Source of the DNA: an uncultured Bacteroidales bacterium
GTDB lineage: Bacteria; Bacteroidota; Bacteroidia; Bacteroidales; Bacteroidaceae
Length of the DNA stretch: 35,307 nt
Assembly (NCBI GenBank): GCA_902803605.1
Contig: CADCQH010000156.1
Location: forward strand, 1-35,307
Direction: 5' to 3'
Part shown: one piece after another, positions 1-9,072 of the stretch
How the letters are laid out: the number at the start of each line of letters is the position of its first letter
Position numbering within the stretch: position 1 is the first letter of the stretch
Notes under the pieces: generated by a model
The model's database searches: none
What the model saw: only the letters and a program-made list of their open reading frames with translations
Told to the model about the DNA's origin: nothing
Position numbers and translations under genes: made by a program

Positions 1-1359
1 GACAACAACTTCAACTGTAATGGTGTCATCAATCCTGATCGTGAGCCTAACCCTCATGCTTACGAGATTCAGTACTACTACCAGAACATTTGGGCAACAC
101 TTGTTGATGCTAAGGCTGGGAAAGTGGAAATCTACAACGAAAACTTCTTCCGTCCACTCGACTACGCAAAACTGAGTTATGAAATTGTTGTTGATGGCAA
201 GAAGGTTGCTGAGGCACAAGACGCATCATTCCCAGTCATTGCTCCACAGCAAAAAGCGACCATTGACATTGCTGCTATCAAGAATGCCTTCACCAATGAA
301 GAGTACAAAGGCAAGGAAATCCTCGTGAACTTCGAGTTCAAGCAGAATACGAATGACCCACTCTTGAAGGCTGGCACCGTCATCGCTCATCAGCAGTTCG
401 AACTGACTCCTTACACCTTCCCAACGATTGAAGCTATCACAGCACAACCTATGAGCGACAAGAACGCCAAGACTGCTCCCGCAGGTGTGACGCTCGATGA
501 CCGTGCCATTTTTGCCGTGCTTTCTGCCAATGGCGTGAAGGTGACCTTCAACAAGCGCACGGGCTATGTGGCATACATTGATGTGGATGGCACTCCGATG
601 ATGACAGACGATGCAGAACTTATGCCAGACTTCTGGCGCGCTGCCACCGACAACGATTTCGGAGCAGGTATGCAGAACCGTCTCGCCGCCTGGCAGCACC
701 CACGCCTTGAGAGGAAGGGCTTCAACATCCAGCAGGATGGTGCCAACTATGTAGTGACTGCGGAGTACAACATACAGGCGGTGGAGGCAAGCGTGAAACT
801 CACCTACACCATGACCCCCGCAGGTCAGCTTGTCGTGAAGCAAAACCTCACCACCAATCCTGATGCAAAGAATATGCCTCAGTTGCTGCGCTATGGAATG
901 CAGATGCAGATGCCCAAAGAGTTCTCACAGATTGAGTACTATGGCAAAGGCCCTCACGAGAACTACATTGACCGTGCCAACAGCCAGAATCTCGGTCTTT
1001 GGAAGCAAACCGTGGCAGAGCAGTTCTGGGGCTACGTCCGTCCGCAGGAGACCGGCACCAAGACCCAGGTGCGCTACTGGAACATCACCAACAGGGCAGG
1101 CAAGGGTCTGCGCTTCGAAGGCATCCAGCCTCTTGAGATGCAGGCGCTCAACTACACCGAGGATGACCTCCAGCCCGCTCGCAACAAGGCACAGTGGCAT
1201 AGCGGCGACCTCGTCGAACGTCCATTCACCGATCTTCACATTGCGCTTCGCAGCATGGGTGTCGGATGTGTGAACTCATGGGGTGCTTGGCCTCGTCAGG
1301 AGTACCAGATGCCATACAAGGACTACACATACACATATATCATCTCGCCAATTCGATAA
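1..1359 (+). CDS. lacZ: beta-galactosidase (GH2), C-terminal portion; 5' end cut by the window edge
   Basis: The frame of the 124..1359 ORF stays open back to nt 1 (DNNFNCNGVINPDREPNPHAYEIQYYYQNIW...). FWRAATDNDFGAG, YYGKGPHENYIDR, VRPQETGTKT and MGVGCVNSWG match the LacZ C-terminal (Bgal_small_N) domain, cf. E. coli RAPLDNDIG / GLGPQENYPDR / FPSENGLR / MGIGGDDSW. Confidence 0.85.
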   Translation, partial: DNNFNCNGVINPDREPNPHAYEIQYYYQNIWATLVDAKAGKVEIYNENFFRPLDYAKLSYEIVVDGKKVAEAQDASFPVIAPQQKATIDIAAIKNAFTNEEYKGKEILVNFEFKQNTNDPLLKAGTVIAHQQFELTPYTFPTIEAITAQPMSDKNAKTAPAGVTLDDRAIFAVLSANGVKVTFNKRTGYVAYIDVDGTPMMTDDAELMPDFWRAATDNDFGAGMQNRLAAWQHPRLERKGFNIQQDGANYVVTAEYNIQAVEASVKLTYTMTPAGQLVVKQNLTTNPDAKNMPQLLRYGMQMQMPKEFSQIEYYGKGPHENYIDRANSQNLGLWKQTVAEQFWGYVRPQETGTKTQVRYWNITNRAGKGLRFEGIQPLEMQALNYTEDDLQPARNKAQWHSGDLVERPFTDLHIALRSMGVGCVNSWGAWPRQEYQMPYKDYTYTYIISPIR

Positions 1360-1371
1360 CAGTTCCATGCC

Positions 1372-1415
1372 AGAAGAGAGGGTGTGTCAAACTGAACTGA
1401 CACACCCTCTCTTCT
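1372..1415. terminator. bidirectional rho-independent-type hairpin between convergent lacZ and the C1 peptidase gene
   Basis: Perfect 18-bp inverted repeat AGAAGAGAGGGTGTGTCA (1372..1389) / TGACACACCCTCTCTTCT (1398..1415) with an 8-nt loop. It starts 13 nt after the lacZ stop. Confidence 0.7.
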
Positions 1416-1506
1416 ATACTCAGGTATTCATGGGGTAAAATCCCAGATATTTTTGTGTAACAATCTTAGTATATATCTCGCCCCAATTTAGTATACGTAT
1501 CCATTT

Positions 1507-2697
1507 CTATTTGATGTCAAGTTTCTTGGCTATATTCTTGGGAATGGCATCCTTGTGGACGAGAATGTTCATGGTTTTGTAAGCAACGAATGCCTTTGAG
1601 GCATACCACACACCATTGTACTTGTAGTCAGTGCCCCAAGAGTTCTTCACCATGAAGTATTCCTTACCGTTCTGATCCTTGGCGAGACCGTAGATGAGCA
1701 TGCCGTGATCATCAGTAGTTTCCCAATTGTCGTATGCCTCTTGACGCATCTCCTGGGTTATGGCGATTTCTGGCCAGGGACGGGCTGTGTAGGCGGCACG
1801 ATTGTTGACACCTGAGTGACCGAACCAGCGGATATAGTCGCTGCCGTCAGTTTCTTTCGCCTTCTGAAGGTCAGGACACACGGCGATGCCCTCACGTGAG
1901 AATCCGTTTTCGCTGACATCGGCTCCCCATGCGAACGTGTAACCATTCCGCACGGCATTCTCAATCACCTCCATGAACTCGTCAAGGGGCAGGTTGTAGG
2001 ATAGTCCCCAACGCCAGTTGTCTTGCACCTCGATGACGAATTGCTCGTAGAAAGGATGGTGGGAGAAGGAGGTGAGGCTGATGTAGTCGTCTATGTTCAG
2101 CCCAGTCGATGCCATGAAGGACTGGGGCGTATAGGTCTTGCCCTTGTAGGTGAACTCCGTGGGGACTTCGCCCAGATAGGTGTCGAGCGTCGCTTTGATG
2201 GGCTGGAACCAGATGGGGGAGAGTTTCTTCTGATTGCCATCGGCCACAGCCTTCACCATGGGGGTGAGGATAGAGAAGAACTCAGAGAAGTTGGGCAGCG
2301 AATCACCCTGAAGCGTACCAGGCTCAGGCATTGCCGACTGAGGGATCATTCCGTAGTGTTTCATGCAATAGACGCAGTCATAGAACGAGCCTCCTTGACT
2401 GAAGTCCATGTCACCATGCAGGCGCACAGTCGCTTTGGCACGGTCTTCGTAGGTCTTGTGTGCGAGGTACATCTCAGAGAAATCCCATTCGCCCTTGCCC
2501 ATGCGAAGCAGTTCAGCCTCGAAGAATCCGAGTGACGAGAATGCCCAACAAGTACCAGAGTTGTTCTGGTTCTTTGTCGATGTGATGGGAATTTCTTTCA
2601 CAACGGTGAACCGGAACCCTTCTTCTTTTCTATCTTCCTGCGCGAAGAGGGAAGTGCCGAGCATCAATAATGCGGCAATAGTCAGTGTCTTTTTCAT
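1507..2697 (-). CDS. secreted C1-family cysteine peptidase (aminopeptidase C / bleomycin-hydrolase-like)
   Basis: Active-site motif QNNSGTCWAFSS. N-terminal signal peptide MKKTLTIAALLMLGTSLFAQ. The track start at 2703 is a TTG, so I prefer the ATG at 2697. Confidence 0.8.
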   Translation of the reverse strand: MKKTLTIAALLMLGTSLFAQEDRKEEGFRFTVVKEIPITSTKNQNNSGTCWAFSSLGFFEAELLRMGKGEWDFSEMYLAHKTYEDRAKATVRLHGDMDFSQGGSFYDCVYCMKHYGMIPQSAMPEPGTLQGDSLPNFSEFFSILTPMVKAVADGNQKKLSPIWFQPIKATLDTYLGEVPTEFTYKGKTYTPQSFMASTGLNIDDYISLTSFSHHPFYEQFVIEVQDNWRWGLSYNLPLDEFMEVIENAVRNGYTFAWGADVSENGFSREGIAVCPDLQKAKETDGSDYIRWFGHSGVNNRAAYTARPWPEIAITQEMRQEAYDNWETTDDHGMLIYGLAKDQNGKEYFMVKNSWGTDYKYNGVWYASKAFVAYKTMNILVHKDAIPKNIAKKLDIK

Positions 2698-2708
2698 ATC
2701 CAATTTGT

Positions 2709-4103
2709 TTATTTGTTGTTAATGTATGCTTCTACGTCATCAATGTGATAAGGAATGATTTTGTCACCAATGATTTGACAACCGTCTTGAGTGATGAGGA
2801 TGTCATCCTCCAATCGCACGCCGCCAAAGTCGCGGAATGGCTCGATGGCTTCGTAGTTGATGAAATCCTTATGCATGTTCTGGCTCTTCCATAGGTCGAT
2901 GAGGTGAGGGATAAAATAAATGCCAGGCTCATCGGTCATCACAAAGCCCCGTTGCAGACGGCGACCGCATCGCAGACAGTTGAGCCCGAACTGGGTCGAT
3001 GGTTGCACTTCTGCATCAAAGCCCACATAATTCTGTCCGAGCCCCTCCATGTCGTGAACATCCATTCCCATCATGTGTCCCAATCCGTGTGGCATGAACA
3101 GGGCATGAGCACCAGCGTGTACAGCCTCGTCAGCATCGCCCTTCATCAGTCCGATGGCTTTCAGATGATCCGTTAGGATGCGGCAAGCCCCTATGTGCAT
3201 ATCGAGCCATTTGACATCCGGTTTGGCATTTGTAATCACCCAATCATGTGCGGCTTCCACAGCCTGATAGATGTCACGCTGCTGCTGAGTGAACTTACCG
3301 GAAATGGGCGTCACACGTGTATTATCCGAACAGTAATTTTCTTTGCTCTCTGCGCCAGCATCGCAAAGCATCAGACGACCTGACTCCATCGGCGTGTAGC
3401 TTGGAAATCCGTGCTGAATCTCTCCATGCATTGACAGGATGGTTTGGAAGGCATATTGGTCGCCTCTACTCATGGCGATGCCCTCAATCACCCCCGCTAT
3501 GTACTTCTCCGTCACCGTAGGCGCACAAAGTTTCATCGCCGTTGTGTGCATGATGTAGCCAATCTCAGCTGCCGCTTTCAATTCCTTGATTTCCTCTGGC
3601 TTTTTTACAGCACGCATATCAACGATGGCCTTGATGAGTTTAACCGAAGCCTTCTCTTTTGACTGCAATGGATGAAATCCCATCAAGTCAGCCAACTGAA
3701 TCATCAAGTCATGACGGCACTGAGGAATGAAGTGAATGGTCTGTCCTTTGGCTTGGACTGCATCAATCATCGTCTTGAGCGCCTGCATGGGAGCAGTGTG
3801 GGTCACACCCACTTCGGCAGCCAGCTCTTTCACTGAAGGTACATACCCGTACCAGATGATGTCGTCAATGTCGATGTCATCACCAAAGAGATACTCTCGG
3901 TCGTTGTCGATGTCTATCACGCCGACCAACCCCTCACGCTTCTGACCGAAGTAGTAGAGAAAGCAACTGTCCTGACGGAAACGGTATGTATTGCTGGGGT
4001 AGTTGTTGGGAGCGTCGTTGTTACCAAACAGCAGGATAAGCCCTTCGCCCACCCGCCGTTTCAACTCAGCTCGACGCTGTACATATATTTCTCTTGAAAA
4101 CAT
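2709..4103 (-). CDS. pepP: Xaa-Pro aminopeptidase (M24B family)
   Basis: 464 aa. M24 metal-binding motifs HGLGHMMGMDVHD, EPGIYFIP and GGVRLEDDILIT. ATG at 4103. Its stop lies 11 nt upstream of the ATG (2697) called for the next gene, so an operon is likely. Confidence 0.85.
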   Translation of the reverse strand: MFSREIYVQRRAELKRRVGEGLILLFGNNDAPNNYPSNTYRFRQDSCFLYYFGQKREGLVGVIDIDNDREYLFGDDIDIDDIIWYGYVPSVKELAAEVGVTHTAPMQALKTMIDAVQAKGQTIHFIPQCRHDLMIQLADLMGFHPLQSKEKASVKLIKAIVDMRAVKKPEEIKELKAAAEIGYIMHTTAMKLCAPTVTEKYIAGVIEGIAMSRGDQYAFQTILSMHGEIQHGFPSYTPMESGRLMLCDAGAESKENYCSDNTRVTPISGKFTQQQRDIYQAVEAAHDWVITNAKPDVKWLDMHIGACRILTDHLKAIGLMKGDADEAVHAGAHALFMPHGLGHMMGMDVHDMEGLGQNYVGFDAEVQPSTQFGLNCLRCGRRLQRGFVMTDEPGIYFIPHLIDLWKSQNMHKDFINYEAIEPFRDFGGVRLEDDILITQDGCQIIGDKIIPYHIDDVEAYINNK

Positions 4104-4132
4104 ATAGGTTAATAGGTTTTTGGTAATGTTTG

Positions 4133-4140
4133 CAAAGGTA
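4133..4140 (-). promoter_or_regulatory. Bacteroidota -7 promoter box TACCTTTG (consensus TAnnTTTG) for pepP
   Basis: Plus strand caaaggta is TACCTTTG on the minus strand, 30 nt upstream of the pepP ATG. Confidence 0.5.
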
Positions 4141-4155
4141 CAGAAAATTGTTGAA

Positions 4156-4794
4156 TTATTTGAAACCTAATTCATGTTTTTTTGTCTCGTACTTGCTTTT
4201 AAGAATCTGCGACAGACGTTTGACCTCAGGGATGCTTTTGCTGTCATGCTCCACACACAGATAGACATTATCCAGATTGCGTAACACCCCAAGTCGGTTC
4301 TCCTCATATCGGTACATCTCTGGTTTCGTGTTCACCTTGTCAATGCCCTTGATGAGATCATTCAGATTGGCAATGACACCACTGGCGGGCACCTCATAGG
4401 CTTGGCACGCCTTTTGGTATGCTTCGTCGGCCTTTGCCTTGTAATCCCTCACCAATGCCTTCTCCTCATCGGTCAGTTCTTTCATGTCTTCAGATAGGTC
4501 TGTTGTGGCAACAATATATCTCTTTTTGGCTGAAATCAATCCATCTGGCGACAGAACATTCGTCAATCTGTCTGTGGCGATGTCTAGATTGTTGCAGATG
4601 ACAGCGCAGTCTTTTCCTACATGCTCTTTCTCGGCAATGGTGTCAGCCAGCAATTCCTCCCATGTAGGTGCCTTCTCGTACTCTTCCAGATACGTCTCAC
4701 CTTTGTTGTCGTTCTTCTTGTCCTCGCATGAAACCATCATCAGCATTAGGATGACGAAGAAATAGGGTAGTGTTCTCTTTATGTTCGTTCGCAT
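4156..4794 (-). CDS. hypothetical lipoprotein
   Basis: ATG at 4794 gives MRTNIKRTLPYFFVILMLMMVSCEDKK, a lipoprotein signal with a lipobox Cys. The rest is charged and helical with no recognisable family motif. Confidence 0.6.
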   Translation of the reverse strand: MRTNIKRTLPYFFVILMLMMVSCEDKKNDNKGETYLEEYEKAPTWEELLADTIAEKEHVGKDCAVICNNLDIATDRLTNVLSPDGLISAKKRYIVATTDLSEDMKELTDEEKALVRDYKAKADEAYQKACQAYEVPASGVIANLNDLIKGIDKVNTKPEMYRYEENRLGVLRNLDNVYLCVEHDSKSIPEVKRLSQILKSKYETKKHELGFK

Positions 4795-4843
4795 GTGGTA
4801 TATATATAATAATGTGAGTAAATATATATAATGTGTAGAAAGA

Positions 4844-4871
4844 GGGGACATATCCTGGTGGACATGTCCCC
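4844..4871 (-). terminator. rpsA terminator hairpin
   Basis: GGGGACAT (4844..4851) / ATGTCCCC (4864..4871) inverted repeat, extendable with one mismatch. It lies 27 nt after the rpsA stop and is followed on the minus strand by TCTTTCT. Confidence 0.55.
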
Positions 4872-4897
4872 TGAGTATGTTAGTCAGTGCGATTCAA

Positions 4898-6694
4898 TTA
4901 TTCTTTGGCATCGTCCATCTTCTCTTTCAGAGCGGCAAGAGCGTCAATGTCGCCAAGTGAGGTAGATGCAGCAACATTCTTGATGACTGGAGCCTGCTCC
5001 TTCTGTGGACGGCTTGTCTTCTTGGCTGCAGCCTCAGCCTTCTTGGCGGCCTTAGCCTCTGCACGGGCAACATCTTCGAAGATGCGAGAATGAGAAAGGA
5101 TGATGCGCTTAGCCTCCTTGTTGAACTCGATTACCTTGAATTCGAGAGTCTCGCCGAGTTGTGCCTGACTGCCGTCCTCCTTCACGAGGTGCTTTGGAGT
5201 AGCGAAGCCTTCAACACCACCTTCAAGAGCGATGACTGCACCCTTGTCGAGCACTTCAATCACCTTGCCCTCGTGGATGGAATCCTGAGTGAACACTTCC
5301 TCGAACTTGTCCCAAGGATTGTCTTCCAACTGCTTGTGGCCAAGAGAGAGACGACGGTTCTCCTTGTCGATGTCGAGTACCTGAACTTCGATAGATTCAC
5401 CAATCTTCGTGAACTCAGATGGGTGCTTTACCTTCTTAGTCCAAGAGAGGTCTGAGATGTGGATGAGACCGTCGACACCTTCTTCCACCTCAACAAACAC
5501 ACCGAAGTTAGTGAAGTTGCGAACCTTTGCGGTGTGCTGGCTACCGATAGGATATTTCTCTTCAATCTTCTCCCACGGGTCTTCTTTCAACTGCTTCACG
5601 CCGAGAGACATCTTGCGTTCCTCGCGGTCAAGAGTGAGGATGACTGCTTCTATTTCGTCACCCACCTTCATGAACTCCTGTGCAGAGTGGAGGTGTGCGC
5701 TCCAGGACATTTCAGATACGTGGATGAGACCTTCTACTCCAGGTGCAATCTCAATGAATGCGCCGTAGTCAGCCATCACAACCACCTTACCCTTCACCTT
5801 GTCGCCAACTTTCAAGTCTGGGTCAAGAGCATCCCATGGATGAGGAGTCAGTTGCTTCAGACCAAGGGCAATGCGCTTCTTCTCGTCGTCGAAGTCGATG
5901 ATGACAACATTGAGTTTCTGGTCGAGCTGAACGATTTCCTTTGGATCGCTCACGCGGCCCCAAGAGAGGTCTGTAATATGGATGAGACCGTCAACACCAC
6001 CGAGGTCGATGAATACGCCATAGTTGGTGATGTTCTTAACTGTGCCTTCAAGAATCTGACCCTTTTCGAGTTTAGAGATGATTTCTTTCTTCTGAGCCTC
6101 AAGTTCAGCCTCGATAAGAGCCTTGTGGCTAACAACTACGTTGCGGAACTCCTGGTTGATCTTCACAATCTTGAATTCCATAGTCTTGCCAACAAATGTA
6201 TCGTAGTCGCGGATAGGTTTCACGTCAATCTGAGAACCTGGGAGGAATGCCTCTGTGCCAAGCACGTCGACAATCATACCACCCTTTGTGCGGCACTTCA
6301 CGAAGCCCTGTACGATTTCGTCGTTCTCCAGAGCAGCGTTCACGCGCTCCCATGAGCGAGCCTGACGAGCTCTCTTGTGTGAGAGTACCAATTGTCCTTT
6401 CTTGTCTTCTTGGTTCTCGATGTAAACCTCAACGGTGTCGCCCACCTTGAGATCTGGAGCGTAACGGAATTCGCTGCGTGCGATAACGCCTTCGCTCTTG
6501 TAACCGATGTTGACAACTACCTCGCGGTCGTTGAGGGCAGTCACAGTGCCTTCCACCACTTCGTTGTCGTTTACATTGTTGAGAGTGCCTTCATAGGCAG
6601 CTTGCTGCGCAGCTTTGTCAGCTGCGCTCACGCCGTCGTTCTCGAATGCATCCCAATCGAAACCTTCCAGCGGTTTGATGTCTTTAGTTTCCAT
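4898..6694 (-). CDS. rpsA: 30S ribosomal protein S1
   Basis: 598 aa with six S1 OB-fold repeats (for example GTVKNITNYGVFIDLGGVDGLIHITDLSW, GKVVVMADYGAFIEIAPGVEGLIHVSEMSW) and an Ala/Lys-rich C-terminal tail. Confidence 0.95.
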   Translation of the reverse strand: METKDIKPLEGFDWDAFENDGVSAADKAAQQAAYEGTLNNVNDNEVVEGTVTALNDREVVVNIGYKSEGVIARSEFRYAPDLKVGDTVEVYIENQEDKKGQLVLSHKRARQARSWERVNAALENDEIVQGFVKCRTKGGMIVDVLGTEAFLPGSQIDVKPIRDYDTFVGKTMEFKIVKINQEFRNVVVSHKALIEAELEAQKKEIISKLEKGQILEGTVKNITNYGVFIDLGGVDGLIHITDLSWGRVSDPKEIVQLDQKLNVVIIDFDDEKKRIALGLKQLTPHPWDALDPDLKVGDKVKGKVVVMADYGAFIEIAPGVEGLIHVSEMSWSAHLHSAQEFMKVGDEIEAVILTLDREERKMSLGVKQLKEDPWEKIEEKYPIGSQHTAKVRNFTNFGVFVEVEEGVDGLIHISDLSWTKKVKHPSEFTKIGESIEVQVLDIDKENRRLSLGHKQLEDNPWDKFEEVFTQDSIHEGKVIEVLDKGAVIALEGGVEGFATPKHLVKEDGSQAQLGETLEFKVIEFNKEAKRIILSHSRIFEDVARAEAKAAKKAEAAAKKTSRPQKEQAPVIKNVAASTSLGDIDALAALKEKMDDAKE

Positions 6695-6748
6695 AAATAA
6701 TAAAATGTTTGTTTAATTAATAAAGTTAGACATTATGTTGATAAAATC

Positions 6749-6778
6749 TAATTCCTTATTTTCGGATCTTAATTCCTT
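6749..6778 (-). repeat. direct repeat TAATTCCTT x2 (AAGGAAUUA in the mRNA) inside the rpsA 5' leader
   Basis: Exact 9-mers at 6749..6757 and 6770..6778, each preceded by ATCT. They lie between the putative promoter box (6808..6815) and the rpsA ATG (6694). Confidence 0.6.
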
Positions 6779-6807
6779 GAACGGGAATCTTGTCACAAAA
6801 ACGGCTG

Positions 6808-6815
6808 CAAATTTA
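6808..6815 (-). promoter_or_regulatory. -7 promoter box TAAATTTG for rpsA
   Basis: Plus strand caaattta is TAAATTTG on the minus strand, 114 nt upstream of the rpsA ATG, implying a long AU-rich leader. Confidence 0.4.
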
Positions 6816-6841
6816 GTGATTTTCTGCTAAATACACAAGAA

Positions 6842-6882
6842 GACGGAGCTTTTTTCGACTTGTTATTGTTAAAAACTCCGTC
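6842..6882 (-). terminator. terminator hairpin after the BadF-type kinase gene
   Basis: GACGGAG (6842..6848) / CTCCGTC (6876..6882), extended by a T5/A5 pairing with one bulge. T-rich sequence follows on the minus strand. Confidence 0.5.
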
Positions 6883-6924
6883 ATTGGGGTCAATTATACG
6901 CTCTTTTGTTGGGAAAACTGTGAA

Positions 6925-7782
6925 TTATTGATGAAATTGTACGAGTCCTTCAAGGGGAGATTGAACAATATTGCCGATTATGTAGTCATGAAGAGCGGCT
7001 ACTTCTGATAGTTCGGGCTGATAATAATGGGCAATGCTGCCGACAAAGTGAATCGGGAGGCGTTTGGTCTCTGTGTCCCAAGGTGCCAGGAGGATATTGC
7101 GCTGAAAGAATTGGCTGAAGCAGTCGAGCAGGAACGCATGAATGGCTGGATGTTCTCGATGACGGGCGCAGAATGGACTTAAAGAGGCCAGATATCTGTT
7201 GGGCAAGGGGATACGATATACGTGCTGAATGATGTTGGCTTGCGTTTCATGGGTCTCCTCAAAGAAGAGTTGCTGGATGTCATCGGGCAATTGATGCTTG
7301 AGGATGTCGCCCACGAGTCGCTTGCCGATGTAGGCTCCGCTGCCTTCATCGCCTAAGATGTAGCCCAAGGCGGGATTCCCTGCATGGAGGGTGCGGCCGT
7401 CGTAGTAGCAGGAGTTGCTGCCTGTGCCTAGAATGCAAACGATGCCAGGTTCTCGTTGACACACACTTCTGGCGGCTCCAAGCATGTCACTTTCTACGTG
7501 GATGGTGGCTGTTGTGCTGATGACTTGCCGTAATGCGGAGGCGACGACGGGGCTCTTTTCTGGCGTACAACCTGCGCCATAAAAGAAGATGCTGGAGAGT
7601 TGGGTGTGGATAGAGGGGTACCGGGCGTCGAGGGCGGGGAGGAGTTCGTGCTGAAGGACTGCACAGATGTCTTCTTCATTCTGCTGAAAGGGATTGATGC
7701 CCTGGGTGTGGATGACGTGTGTCGGGTCTTCGACGATGCACCATGCTGTCTTCGTGGAACCGCTGTCTGCTATGAGAACCAT
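6925..7782 (-). CDS. BadF/BadG/BcrA/BcrD-type ATPase (N-acetylglucosamine-kinase-like)
   Basis: ATG at 7782 gives MVLIADSGSTKTAW (phosphate-1 motif). GTGSNS and LGDEGSGAYIG are also present. The upstream ORF extension is AT-rich and non-coding in character. Confidence 0.75.
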   Translation of the reverse strand: MVLIADSGSTKTAWCIVEDPTHVIHTQGINPFQQNEEDICAVLQHELLPALDARYPSIHTQLSSIFFYGAGCTPEKSPVVASALRQVISTTATIHVESDMLGAARSVCQREPGIVCILGTGSNSCYYDGRTLHAGNPALGYILGDEGSGAYIGKRLVGDILKHQLPDDIQQLFFEETHETQANIIQHVYRIPLPNRYLASLSPFCARHREHPAIHAFLLDCFSQFFQRNILLAPWDTETKRLPIHFVGSIAHYYQPELSEVAALHDYIIGNIVQSPLEGLVQFHQ

Positions 7783-7842
7783 GAGTATATTTATAAATAA
7801 GATAATATGATGTTCTTTGGAATGTGATTTGAAATTTGAAGA

Positions 7843-7850
7843 CAAATGTA
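7843..7850 (-). promoter_or_regulatory. -7 promoter box TACATTTG for the kinase gene
   Basis: Plus strand caaatgta is TACATTTG on the minus strand, 61 nt upstream of the ATG at 7782. Divergent from manC. Confidence 0.4.
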
Positions 7851-7934
7851 GGGATTTCTTGTCGATGAACGAAATTTTTGTGAGGTTTTTCACTTTTTCG
7901 AGGTTTCAATTCTTCAATTCTTCTTTTTTTTCCA

Positions 7935-7942
7935 TACCTTTG
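7935..7942 (+). promoter_or_regulatory. -7 promoter box TACCTTTG for manC
   Basis: Exact TACCTTTG, 47 nt upstream of the ATG at 7989. Confidence 0.5.
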
Positions 7943-7988
7943 CACTTTCTTTTCAGATGTTTGAGTTAACATTAACTGATTGACCATT

Positions 7989-9062
7989 ATGAGTAAGAGC
8001 ATGAACCTTAACGACAACCTTGTCATCATGGCAGGGGGAGTGGGTAGCCGTTTCTGGCCTATGAGCACGACGGAGTACCCTAAGCAGTTTATAGATGTTT
8101 TTGGGACAGGACGTACATTTATCCAGATGACATACGACCGTTTCAAGGGCTTGATTTCCCCTGAGAACGTGTGGGTGGTGACATCGCAGAAATATGCGGA
8201 CATCGTTGCTGAGCAACTTCCAGATATACCCAAGGGGAACATCCTCCTGGAACCCTGCCGTCGCAATACGGCTCCTTGCATCGCCTATGTGAGTTGGCGC
8301 ATCAAGGCGAAGAATCCTCAGGCGAACCTCGTCATTACGCCGGCCGACCATCTCGTGACGGATGTGGTGGAGTTTCAGCGTGTCATCACGTCTGCCTTGA
8401 ATTTCACGGCCGAGACTGATGCCATCGTGACCTTGGGCATGACACCCACGCGTCCGGAGACGGGCTATGGCTATATTCAGGCTGACCTGCAGGAACCGTC
8501 GCTCAGGAACAAAGAAATCTTCCGCGTGGATTCCTTCAAGGAGAAGCCCGACTATGCGACTGCCGTGCAGTATCTGAAGAAGCGCGACTTTTTCTGGAAC
8601 TCAGGCATCTTCATCTGGAACGTGGGCACGATTGTGAACTCGCTCCGCATCTATGAGCCGGACATCTCCAAGGTTTTTGAGGACTTGCTCCCATACTATG
8701 GCACTGCGAAGGAGCAGGAGATGATAGACAAGATGTTCCCTCAGTGCGAGAGCATCTCCATCGACTACGCCGTGATGGAGCGTGCCGATGAAATCTTCGT
8801 GTTCCCTGCCGACTTCGGATGGAGCGATGTGGGCACATGGGGTTCTCTCCACACGTTGGCGCCAGTGGACAAGGACGGCAACAATGTAATTGGCGAGAAC
8901 GTGAGATTGTATGAAAGCAAGAACTGTGTGGTGCATACGACCGAGGAAAAGCGTGTCGTGATTCAGGGTCTTGACGGATATATCGTGGCTGAGAAGAACA
9001 ACACCCTTCTGGTTTGCAAGCTGGAGGAGGAGCAGCGCATCAAGGAGTTCTCAGCCGAGTGA
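7989..9062 (+). CDS. manC: mannose-1-phosphate guanylyltransferase (no C-terminal isomerase domain)
   Basis: LVIMAGGVGSRFWPMS nucleotidyltransferase motif, then EPCRRNTAP and FWNSGIFIW. The track start at 7980 is a TTG and the first ATG is at 7989. Confidence 0.85.
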   Translation: MSKSMNLNDNLVIMAGGVGSRFWPMSTTEYPKQFIDVFGTGRTFIQMTYDRFKGLISPENVWVVTSQKYADIVAEQLPDIPKGNILLEPCRRNTAPCIAYVSWRIKAKNPQANLVITPADHLVTDVVEFQRVITSALNFTAETDAIVTLGMTPTRPETGYGYIQADLQEPSLRNKEIFRVDSFKEKPDYATAVQYLKKRDFFWNSGIFIWNVGTIVNSLRIYEPDISKVFEDLLPYYGTAKEQEMIDKMFPQCESISIDYAVMERADEIFVFPADFGWSDVGTWGSLHTLAPVDKDGNNVIGENVRLYESKNCVVHTTEEKRVVIQGLDGYIVAEKNNTLLVCKLEEEQRIKEFSAE

Positions 9063-9072
9063 CCGATTGGAT

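Noticed and set aside
5459-6355. A 298-aa plus-strand ORF, with others at 5090..5455 and 6392..6700, opposite rpsA.
   Set aside because: These are shadow ORFs antisense to an unambiguous, highly conserved S1 gene. Their products have no recognisable features.
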